From Klebsormidium nitens (taxonomy: Eukaryota > Plantae > Klebsormidiophyceae), in assembly GCA_000708835.1 (NCBI GenBank), contig DF237699.1, positions 1-36,948 of the forward strand: a stretch of DNA of 36,948 bases. The letters are read 5' to 3'. Under the pieces are notes generated by a model. It did not search any database. It was not told the DNA's origin and saw only the letters and a list, made by a program, of their open reading frames with translations. Made by a program: the position numbers and the translations under genes. Shown here one piece after another: positions 23,501 to 33,557 of the stretch. Numbering within the stretch: the first letter of the stretch is position 1; each line of letters starts with the position of its first letter.

Positions 23501-26199
23501 ACTCCTCTCAGTCCTTTATCGTAATCAACCAACAAGCGCTTCGATCATGCACGCTAGGGTTGCCAGCCGTCAGATCATCGATCGAAGCGGGGTCTATCCG
23601 TTCCGTGCTGCGCCGTTTTCCTGTCCCCGTTTTTGATATCAACGAATGCTCCAGAACCTCTAGGTGACACAAAACGCACCCCACCGCTTCTGTGCAGCAA
23701 TTGACGACTTGCGGGGTCAAAGCTGGGGTGCTTATGTCGGGACCCTAGGAACCATGCACCGCAATGGATGGTTTCCAACCAAGATCTATGATGGAGGACT
23801 GTGAGTCGCTTCGGGGGATCTCCTTGGATCTGCGAGAAATCGATTATCTGCACAAATCATTTGGGCTTATTTTCCGCCGCGAGCATGCACTTTGCTGATG
23901 CCAAAGATTACCTGCACAAATCTTTTGGGCTTGTTTTCCAGCCGCAAGCATTTTGCTGATGCCAACCTGCCCTGGTTGGTACCGTTGGCATTTGAAAGCA
24001 CTCTTAAGTCTTAGGACTTCATATAGGGAGAGTCTGCTAAAATCGAATTTGGTTAACATTTTGTTAAGTGGTCTTCTACTGCTGGTCTCAAACTGTGCGC
24101 TTTAGAGACCCAAAAGGCCTTGGAACATTTGGGAAATTAATTAGATAACCGTACAGTCAGAATGTAAAGGGACCGGCAGCAAAATGTGTCTCAAATGTTC
24201 GGGTTTCTTGGTTGTCGGAATTCTCATACCGCTCTCATTTCTGATAGACTTTTCATTGAACCGGTCTGCGTCGAAAGGTTTTGGATTGTGGGGTCGCAAA
24301 CAAATCTTGCAAATCTTTGATGCACGAATCTGTTCGGTACGAACCGAAGTTCTTGGTATGGTTTCAACTGTGGAGAAGCTCACCGGATTGTTAACCCTTG
24401 CACCGAAATCAAGTTGGGCCTGGTAACCTCCACTTTTTTAAGGTGCCAACCGACAACAGTGTTTGACGAAAACCCCAGTATTAATCATCGAAGCTGAGCA
24501 TTCCCACCCCGTGCACCTTCTCTTCAGGGTTTCGGAGACCCAGTTTTTGGAAGACCTGAAGACCGGCGTGATCCAGGGCGTGGTTTGGGATTTCGGTTTC
24601 GTTGACTACATCACTGCTACCAGCTGCAATTACGTCAAGGTAAAGATGGCCGCGAAATTTCTTGCGTCGAAAAGACAAATCCGGAGTGCATGCTCTTCGC
24701 CATTTGGTTTTCTGGTCGCTTTCAAGCAAGAAGGACTAAAAGCGCTGGCTTCTCTGCTGCTTACGACACACAACAAGGCGGCACAACTGAAATGCGGCCT
24801 GTGACTGATTCCTTTGTGAGAAGGATCAACCGAGACGCATGTTTGTGAGAAAGCGGAAAGCCGATCGCGCTCGAGAGAAAGCACACGGTCCACATGCGGC
24901 GATCGATGCCGCAACAAGTAGGCTGACTTGTTTGAGGGAACGGGTAACCAGACGGGCCTGGTCTGCTTTCCACGCAGGTCGGAGGCTTTCTCACGGAGGA
25001 GAGCCGCGCGTTGGCGTGGTGGCAAAACGCGAGCGACGCGCTCATCAGCCAATTCAACGGCCACGTGTTGGACCTGGAAGAAAGTACCGACCTGAAGCAC
25101 CTTCACGATACGTTCATTGCACCGCCGCCCGCAAGCTGCAATGAGCAAGAGGCGAGCCAGATCACCAAAGTGACGTTCAGAGAGGTGAGGCTCATGCGAA
25201 GCGTTTTAGAAGCGTTCGCTTGTTTTAAGCGAACGCTTCTTCTTCCGACGTCAGATCACTCGAGTGACGTTCGAAGAGATGAATGTATGTGCAGCGCTTT
25301 GGAAGGCTTTTATTGTGTTCTTCCGACGCGAGTGCCATGGATTGCGAGCGGTCTGTCCTACCTTGCCGTACATTCCAGGTTTGCAGATTAGTCCGTTTTG
25401 CTTCGATGAAGCTGGTCCGTGAGAGACAGCCCTCAGCGCGGCTGGTCAGGCAGCCTTTTCATGCATTGATCTTCTGGAATATGCAGCCACTGTAGATGCG
25501 CAGACGATTGATGGATGGACCTACAAAAACTCTCATTTAAAGCAAGTGTATGGTTTAAGGCGCCCTTACCCCGTTTGTCTCGAAACCGCCAGAGCTTTAC
25601 CAACCTCGGTTAAAAGGCAGAGTGTGCCTGTGCTGGCTAAGATCACGCATTGATATTCAGGATTGATTTTGTGACGATGATTATCATCGAGCTGTACATC
25701 GAACACAGAGGTGCCCAATCTGTAGTAACTTCAGGTGCGGCAATGTGCTGTGGTGAGGTTCTCATCAGTATTTGTCGGGAAAGTTTCATTGCGATCCCTT
25801 CCCGCCGATAACCCGCTCTACAAGATTGGCGAGATGTGCAGTTCGGGAAGCGACAAGCCATCCTACCAATTGAAGAGCATATGATGCATTTTCGACTTGG
25901 TTGAGATGGAACGAACACAAGCATTGGAGCCCACGAGACGCTAACAAATCTTGTTTCTTGTTGGGCAGGTCTCCGGTCTGTGGATCGTATTGGGAGCCAC
26001 AATTCTCTTCTCTCTCGCTTTGGCTGTTATCAGCCGATACTGCTGGAGGCCGAAATTGCAGCCGATACTGACTTCGACACTAGCGGAAACATTCCGCAAA
26101 ACAGGCAATTCCAAGGGCAAGCCCTTGGTTCCGACCATGCCGGTTGATTCGTTTTCTGCGGAGATGCAACATGGAGTTCTGGACGGCAAGGAAGTTTGA
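17576..26199 (+). CDS. GLR: Glutamate receptor-like ion channel (GLR/iGluR family), ATD-less, 472 aa, 9 exons
   Basis: Phase-consistent GT-AG exons: 17576-17753, 19093-19244, 20086-20242, 20911-21024, 22599-22763, 23698-23800, 24528-24639, 24978-25184, 25969-26199 (1419 nt). Signal peptide MAQRLGVAFPFLVLCWLSG. S1: GYGSELF...CDVASSALL...IKFGYPDYHTG. M1: LAPFSWEVWVFLFVAAFCVGVFVQLVE. Pore loop: MVWSAGAQVVNAS. M3: SRIITFVWCFVILLIVAMYTGNAAAILT (cf. SYTANLAAFLT). S2: SIDDLRGQ...GVVWDFGFVDY...SC. M4: VSGLWIVLGATILFSLALAVI. Confidence 0.93.
21201..22205 (-). pseudogene. Decayed antisense reading frame inside GLR intron 4 (kinase-like motifs plus a VQ-repeat stretch)
   Basis: One frame runs 335 codons with only 4 internal stops; track ORFs 21972-22169, 21507-21713 and 21201-21383 are all in this frame. 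It contains HYYAPPE, DVWALNG and GQSPLKG...DLYATVWKGD*KRPRKW in kinase subdomain VIII-IX-X order, then repeated VQxxE units. Confidence 0.4.
23842..23965. repeat. Imperfect tandem duplication (2 copies, period 64 bp) in GLR intron 6
   Basis: gatta(t/c)ctgcacaaatc(a/t)tttgggctt(a/g)ttttcc...tttgctgatgccaa starting at 23842 and 23906. Confidence 0.85.
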
Positions 26200-26739
26200 T
26201 GAAGTGTGGTCGTAACGGGCTTAAGTCAAAGTAAACGTTAACTTTTTTGGAGTTATCGTAGGCGAGTGGAGTCAATGGACGTACATAGAAGCGTGCTGGT
26301 ATAGACATAGTAAGGATTGAAAAGATCCGAGGCCGGCCAAATGTTTTGGGGGCACTCAAGGTGACCGATCTTGGAGAGATGTTTGATTTTCAGATATAGT
26401 TTAAAATGAAGACTCATTGGTCGCCAACACCAAACGAACATAAGGGCTTGGTCCGCATCTATAAGCGGTCCGACCATATCGGCGCCACAAGACACAGCAG
26501 GTTAAAGGTGGCTTCTAAGGACCCAATTGCTGACGTCAGCTTGAGTCAACTTACGGCTGGTAAATTCGCTTAGAGCACGTGCTACGATTGCTTCTCAGTT
26601 AGCGTTGATAGGAACATGCAATCGTTTGGCACAGAGGGAAAGATACATGAAGCCGACAGACTTCCCAACTAGTCGACCAGCAAACATAGTAGATATATTC
26701 CGGCAAACTACTAAATGCGGCGATAGACCAGTAAAATCT

Positions 26740-27056
26740 GTACGGTCACCAGTAACATTTGCATCGGGTCCGGCCGACCCCAGAAAGTTGGTTTCCACGA
26801 TAGTTAGTAGCTCTAGCTAATTAATGAATCATCGACCAAGGTTACCTACCGTACGTTGGCCACATATAACGGAAATGATCTGACGTACCGGCGGGCTTGC
26901 TGTGCCTAGCTAGCCGTACGTACTGCAACTCAAACTTGGCAATGAGAAGACCTCTCAAGTCACTGAATGCATGCATTGAACTTGCGACACCTCAGCAGGC
27001 TTGCAGCCGCGCTGACAAGTGCATGATATCGTGTTGAAGATGCCGCGACACCGTAC
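26740..27056. promoter_or_regulatory. Second CCGTAC/GTACGG cluster
   Basis: Copies at 26740, 26849, 26914 and 27051, plus extra GTAC cores. Confidence 0.25.
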
Positions 27057-30000
27057 GCGGGCGGCAATGCTGACTTCAATTGCAATAGAGCACAGAAGCT
27101 CAGGCATCGAAGACTGCCGGAAATTTGTGAGTTGCGGCCGGATATATTGACGTGACCGGCCACGATATTGACCGCATGATACAGAACTACTCAGACTCGC
27201 CTTCAGTCATTCGGATCGAGACTTGCAGCATACATACTGGCAGGATTCGGAGTGACCCGGCCCAATTGTGGATCAGGCTCAAGATCGGACGGGCCTTCAA
27301 TTAATATATCAGTGCGTCGATTTCAACACACTGGATCTTCCTTGATCATTCAGATACGTCTGTACGCATTGCTTGTTGGACTTGAGACTTCCACGAGCAC
27401 GCACAAGAGGTCAGCCAGCCAATTATACGACCACTAGTGTATCGTTCGTCTTCGCGTCACGGCCTACGTACTAGGCCAGGTTGCGATTGTACGTTTACGT
27501 AATTCTTCATCTTCTGTTTGACGCTGAGCAGCACTTAAATATGGTGCGGGGAATCGTTGAACATAAAGCTTGCATCATATGCACACAGAGTCTACCGGCA
27601 ATAATCTCCAACATATCTTTACTTGGCACAACTAGTAGTAGCCACGAAATTTGTCTATTCTCAAATTTCTCCAGTTAATATCAAACAACGTGCGGCCCGC
27701 ACTCACATGAGAAATGCGCCAGGGTTTCTAGGCGTTTGCCACCTGTCCCTAGTGTGCGCGGCTCTTTACTTGCGATGGTGCAACACCCGCCATCTCCGCA
27801 ACTCGAAGCAAGGCATGACCAAACGCGCACGAGGTCACTTGAGGAATCTATGCAGCGCCCATGAAACTTGATCTTTGTATTTTCTGCTCAGAAGTCTTTT
27901 GGGTCACTCTCTTTTTACCGTCTAATAGCTTTGGAGTCTGAGCCAGTCAATGTAGCCTACACCTTAAAGAAGCCGTGTTGCAAGAGTTATGGTCCGCAGG
28001 GATCCGCAAATCGATAATGAAAACTGTGTCGGAGCAGCGCCATCGAAAAGCCTAGCCCAGATCGGCAGCTTCTGCGGCCAGTTGCTCTTCGCGAGAGCCA
28101 TGCTGGGCTAGTTCGACCTCCATCGATCGATGAGAAAAGTTTCCCTCACAAACTGCGGTCCGCTTACGCTGCTTACGATTTGCTGGATCTGTGAACACTA
28201 AGATAGCCAAGCGAAGATAGGAAAGATCCGTGGATGCGAGGCTCAGAATTAATGACAGAAAATTGAATCGGAGCAGGATTCGCGGACGAGAATATTCAAT
28301 AGGTGACTCTGCTTCTGATCGAAGACGGTCCCTGGTCGTCGATAACATCGGCTTTGAGGATGGTTTGACGGCTCCTTGTTGTGCCTGCGGTTCGAAATAT
28401 ATCACTGAAAGGTTAGCGGCGTGGCCGGCAGCGAAGCGGGCCTGCCGGGTTTACCGGAGCTTTACTGTAAAGAGATTCATGGGCACGTCATTGCAGAAGA
28501 CCAGCGGGGTTCTCTTTGTTGATCATGACATTTCCATCGCTTCCTAGGCTATGCGGACGGAGCCGGTCGAGTACCCTTGCAAGCTGGTAGTACCCGTTTT
28601 GAGAGTTCGCATCTGGCTTTGTACTGTAAGACGGTCCGGACGTTAGGTAGAATCAATGCATCACCAATGGATAGGTGGTTTGTGCTACTAACCAGGGGGG
28701 TATAACGGATCAGTTTTCGCGCTCGACTCCCCGGTAGCGGCGATCAAGAGGACTGGACGTGTGCTTAATCATGACGTAAGGGAATTGAAAGCTGCGGCTG
28801 ATTCGAACCTGATCGGAGCGTCCGATTGCCCACAACTTCAATATATTATTGGGACCCGAATTTTGCCTTAATGTAGAACGCGGCATTTCGCGGCCCCCCG
28901 CGGTCTGTTTCGACAAACTCCTGCATGCAGTGCCTTTCCATTTCTCCGTTTTTCGCGGGAAGGCGCTACATCGTGCTCTCACATGTACTGCAGTACTTCA
29001 AGTCAGGTTCGACCATGAGGCAGCACAACGCACTGAGCTTTGACAACCGGGATCTGCTCGAGTCTGCGCCGAACTAGGAGAAGTTTCTCAGTAGGTTTGG
29101 AAGGCGTGTGAATAGGGGATGGCACACATTGAGCCTCATCTTAGCCGGTCTGGGTTCTCAAATCCAGCACGCAGACGCCGTCAATTCGTGCTACCTGGGC
29201 CACGCTTTCATCAACCCGTCGAAGCGGAGCCGGCCGAAGGGCGGCCGCGGGCGGCCGGGTTGGCAGACGAAAGCGCGCGGACGTCCAACTACCCTCATTT
29301 GGCCCGGTCGAGCGCGCGCGCGTACGGGCTCAAACCCTCGCAAACCCCGATCAGTGTGTTTGCGGCCGCGCGGCATAGCGGCTTCCATGTCCTTAAGTTC
29401 AAACATCAATGTTGCGCTCACAGAGCGGGCCCTGGCCAGAGTGCATAGCGGAATTCTGTAAGGAGGTCACAGTGGCAGCGGCCGTTTACAACAGAACCTT
29501 TCAGCCTTGAAGGCGCCTGTAAGACCCTTAAAAGTTGGAAGCGCAGAAGCAGCAGCACGTGAGGAAGGGAATCGGTGGTGAAAGACCTTTTCAGGTAAGG
29601 TATCGTCAGTCTCCGTGCCAGTCGTCCGTTACTCAAGGTCGTCATACCAGAAGAGATTGGGTAGGGACGTCCCTGCTTCTAGTATGCGTGCGGAACGTGA
29701 TGCTCGGTAATATTGGCAGGATAGTGACTCACTATTAAGTAATTTCCTCGTCTGATTGCTCTCTTTTGGAAAGTAGAGTCGAGGATGCTTGAGAGCTGCC
29801 GTCCGGTCGATCCGGAGAAAACGCTGCACTGTTTTTTTGAAGGGAGTTGCTGGAAAGCAGAGCTTGAGAATCTACTTCTTTTCCTCTCCGCTGTATTGCA
29901 CCACTTGTTACTGCCCTTGCTGGGCTCTACATCGATCAGTGTAAAGTCTGTATTAAGTATGAGTTTTGTTCAAACATTGTCAGGGGGACCTCGGGGCGGC

Positions 30001-30964
30001 TGGGGTATGTGGCAAGTATCTGCTTGCTTAGCATGCGTTTCAATGACGAAGAGCATGCATGCAGTAATTTTTCGTTGACAAATTCTGCAGATGCTGGTCT
30101 GGAGAACCCTCAGGCTGATCTGCCAACCACTCCGAGCCTGCTTCATTATTGATCTTGCTGTTTCTGAACAGATTGTTGCTGACTCCTTCACCATTTTCAT
30201 CAGAAGGTTTGGTTGTACACAATGTTGCTTCTGTTCAATCGTGAATTGAAGCTCGCGTTTAAAGTGGCCCCTTTTGGTGGCTGTTTACAAGCATCGAGTC
30301 CTTGGATAGGCTTGGAACTTTCGACTGCGAGAAAATGCCGTTCTAGTCGATACTGGCTGTCTTTCGCCTCTGTATTCAATGAAGATTACATGGCCTGTTC
30401 AGACCATTCAAGCGACGTCAGGTCTGATCTTATGGAGTTTGGCTACACTGTTAGTGAGCACCAAGTACACATTAGCGAGACGAGAAAATGCGCTGTCTTG
30501 GAAGAGCAGAGTTGTGTTTCCGCAAGGACTTCACAGTTTTTTCCGATCAGCAAGGTATTTGCGGACAAAGTACTCCCGGTATCAACGGTCGAGTCTGGAG
30601 ACGCCAGAAGAAGCGTGGAAAACAGCAATGAATGTATTTTTGTCAGCTTGGCAGTCCAGAAGGACGAACTTCTCTGAACAATCTACCCAACAAGAAACTG
30701 TCCTGCAAGTCGCTTATTATGCGACCTTGTGCCGGTCTGGTGCGCTTCAGAACTCAACAATCACTTGCCCCTCCTGTAGAAAACCGCACGCTTTTGAATC
30801 GTGCTGATCGTACTGCAGCTTCATACCTTAGGAGCGCCCCACTCAAAATGGATCTTCTTCAAGACAAATCTAGTCTATCTTGATGCGGAACAGAGTAATC
30901 ATCAAATAACTTGCTGAAGTGGTTTGCTACAATCCTTCAGGTGGCTTCCTCTATCTCCGCAAAG

Positions 30965-32239
30965 ATGAGTTGGTTTTTGCGGAAGAAGACGGACTGCTCG
31001 CGCACCCTTCCTCCGGCCTCTTCCGATCCTCCCTGCGATTCCGCCGCGCCTATTCCGCCCCCTTTGTCAATCCAGGCTCCGTCGGAACCAATCACCCTGG
31101 CAAACGCACGGTCATGCGCCTGTGATTCGGAAGCAGAAAGAGCGGGAGAAGAGAAAGAAAAGACGGCTCTTCGAGAGCTGGTTGAAAAACTAGAGCGGGA
31201 GAAGGAGCGGCTAACAACAAACCTGGCGGCTACGCGCGCGCGGCTCAGCGTGGAGTTGGCGGCCGCGGAGGGGCGCCGCGCGCACTGCGGGAGAGTTGTC
31301 GCGCAGCTCGCGCAGCTCCGCACGGAGCTTAGAGAGGAGCAGCGCGTGAGGACGGAAGACGTAGCGCAGAAAGACGCGGAGATCGGGACACTTCAGGCGG
31401 CTTTGGCGGCCGCGCGGGACGCGGGCGCGCGGCGCGACGACGCGCGCGAGCGCTTCCACTTTGTGCTCGCGTACAACGGACAGACGGGCTCGGTCTCTCG
31501 GACGGTCCTGGCGTCCGATCCGGACTCTCTGCTGTACACCATGTATTGCGGGGAGTGGGAATACCCGCGCGATGAGAACGGGCGCGCCATCATCACGTGT
31601 CACCCTGACAGGTGGGCCGCTGTTCTGGAGCACCTCACGACCGGAACGGTTCCGGCGCAAAGCGACACGCGGCTGCTAGACCAGGCGCGGTACTGGAATA
31701 TGGGCAAGTTGGTCCGCGGTCTGGAGGTCTTGTGTCCCGGGGTTGTTGTGCGGAACGAACCAGACTCAAGTGGCTTCAGAGTCAGATGCACATTCGTTCC
31801 CGTTATGAAAACTTTGGATTGGAAGGACGCACTGTGTTTTACGTACGCGGCCGCGAGAGACAGTTGGTGGGAAGTGAAAGTGAACAGCGATGGCATCTGG
31901 CATCAAGTGCAACCGCTAGGGAATGACGGCCTGAAATCCGTCAGCTATCTCACGAAAGCAACCAAGATCACGCAAAAGTGCAGGGTCGTTCTTCGCGACC
32001 AGGATGTGGTCACGGAGTGGCAAGACACCAAATACCCTGGCTTTAAAGAGCTTGCCGGTCATCTCAGCCCGGCAACAGTTCCTTCGGTGGGAAGTTTGGA
32101 AGATTACTGCAAAAGCAAACAGCTAGGCTTCTTCAGTTGGCGCTCTGTTGGTTCCAGTTTGCAGCAATTGGTGACTCAGCCACTCGCTCAAGCGCAGGAT
32201 GGTCTCGTCTTTGAAATAGAAGCTTGTTTTGAAGGCTGA
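30965..32239 (+). CDS. Intronless coiled-coil + BTB/POZ (KCTD/T1-type) domain protein, 424 aa
   Basis: Longest ORF in the window; first ATG at 30965. Heptad-rich segment EKEKTALRELVEKLEREKERL...LQAALAA. BTB: FVLAYNGQTGSVSRTVLASDPDSLLYTMYCGEWEYPRDENGRAIITCHPDRWAAVLEHLTTG...LLDQARYWNMGKL matches the KCTD pattern LNVGG..F.T...TL...PDSLL..MFSG....D.G...ID..P..F..IL.YLR.G...LL.EA.Y..L. The C-terminal ~150 aa is beta-rich and unassigned. Confidence 0.9.
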   Translation: MSWFLRKKTDCSRTLPPASSDPPCDSAAPIPPPLSIQAPSEPITLANARSCACDSEAERAGEEKEKTALRELVEKLEREKERLTTNLAATRARLSVELAAAEGRRAHCGRVVAQLAQLRTELREEQRVRTEDVAQKDAEIGTLQAALAAARDAGARRDDARERFHFVLAYNGQTGSVSRTVLASDPDSLLYTMYCGEWEYPRDENGRAIITCHPDRWAAVLEHLTTGTVPAQSDTRLLDQARYWNMGKLVRGLEVLCPGVVVRNEPDSSGFRVRCTFVPVMKTLDWKDALCFTYAAARDSWWEVKVNSDGIWHQVQPLGNDGLKSVSYLTKATKITQKCRVVLRDQDVVTEWQDTKYPGFKELAGHLSPATVPSVGSLEDYCKSKQLGFFSWRSVGSSLQQLVTQPLAQAQDGLVFEIEACFEG

Positions 32240-32693
32240 TTGTTGATTTCAAATTGTGGAACCTGACGTAAGGAAAATAAGACCGATACTCGGGTGAGGA
32301 CCTTCCATGTATTTCGGAAGGTGTGGTGCGACATGAATGAAAGTGCTTTGTCGCTGTTAATTGAAAGAGCAGATCAGCTTCGAAAGGCGAGCCTGAGCGC
32401 TCAAGATCATTGCAGTGCACGATGAACCGTAAATGGACCGGGGTTTGAAAACGACCATGCAAATACACTATGATACTAAAAAGGATTGGATGGCACGTGA
32501 CCCGCCGATATGGCGGTCGCCTCATGGACGTGAGTACCGTATGCATGGCGCATTATTGAAAATTCTTGCACTGATTGTGCATGATTGAGTTCTGACGTGG
32601 TGGCGAATACTTCATACGCATGCTGCGTGCCCGTGTTGCCCAATTTGCACCGGACGTTTCAAGCGCATGCCATGCACTGGCAGAACATACCGG

Positions 32694-32861
32694 GGCCGGG
32701 CCCGTGCAGACGGCGTCTTGAAATAACTAAGTTCAGCTAGCTCAACGGATTTTAAGGATAGATAGATTTGCAGTACGTAAGGTTGCTAAGTACCCCGCAA
32801 GTACTAGTATGCGCTTGCAGATGCCCCATCACTGTTCATGACGGCCGGCCGGGCCCGTGCA
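32694..32861. repeat. 15-bp direct repeat GGCCGGGCCCGTGCA, 153 bp apart
   Basis: Copies at 32694-32708 and 32847-32861. A related ggccgggcccg lies at ~22863. Confidence 0.5.
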
Positions 32862-33557
32862 TAATGAGTGACAGCTGTCGCACTAGGATGTGGATTCCTT
32901 TACCAATGCAGTATATATTGGTAGTGTGCAATCGAGGTTCGAAGTACCAATTATTTTGTTTACAGGCTTATATCCACTGAAGTACTAAAGGCTGGGGCTG
33001 GAACCTAATGTGCTTCCAACGGCATGATAGCCGGCAAAGACAATCACAATCTGAGAGCTTGGCGGAATTGATAGTTGGACAAATTTCGATCAACTCACGC
33101 TACGGGCCTAGTATTACCCGGAAGTTCGGCCGGAATCTTTTACAGGGATACACTGACTGACATAAGTCAAAGGTCACCTTAACTTTAAGTTCTGCAAATG
33201 TTAGTCGACCTGTGAATAGGGTTACGGGCACTGACTCAGTAAACTGGACCGTCCAAAATATGTACGTATTGGGTCAACAAGCTCAAACCATGCTTTGAAA
33301 ACCCTTGGCAGCCTGACCTTTTGCCGATGAACGCTGGGGGACGTGCTCGGAAGCGCTTTTCTCTTGCATCGATCTCTTCTGAGCGGAGGCCGGGCGGGGC
33401 CACGTCCGTAGGGTGACATGAAGCAAAGCAAGGCTTCCGCGAGCCTGTGAAGTGACCTTTCCGAGGCCCCATATTATAGCCACCAACTCTTTGATCCTGA
33501 GTCTCTTCGTTCAGAATTCCGTCACTTTGTTGCCATTTAGATACTTCTTAAGGTGGG

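Noticed and set aside
25251-30422. Identical peptide SDHSSDVR encoded at ~25251 and ~30399 with synonymous differences
   Set aside because: An 8-aa match among six-frame translations of 37 kb is roughly expected by chance, and the flanks are unrelated.
30379-30807. ORF ending in ITCPSCRKPH (RING-like)
   Set aside because: The other Zn ligands are absent, and overlapping ORFs in all frames indicate no real signal.
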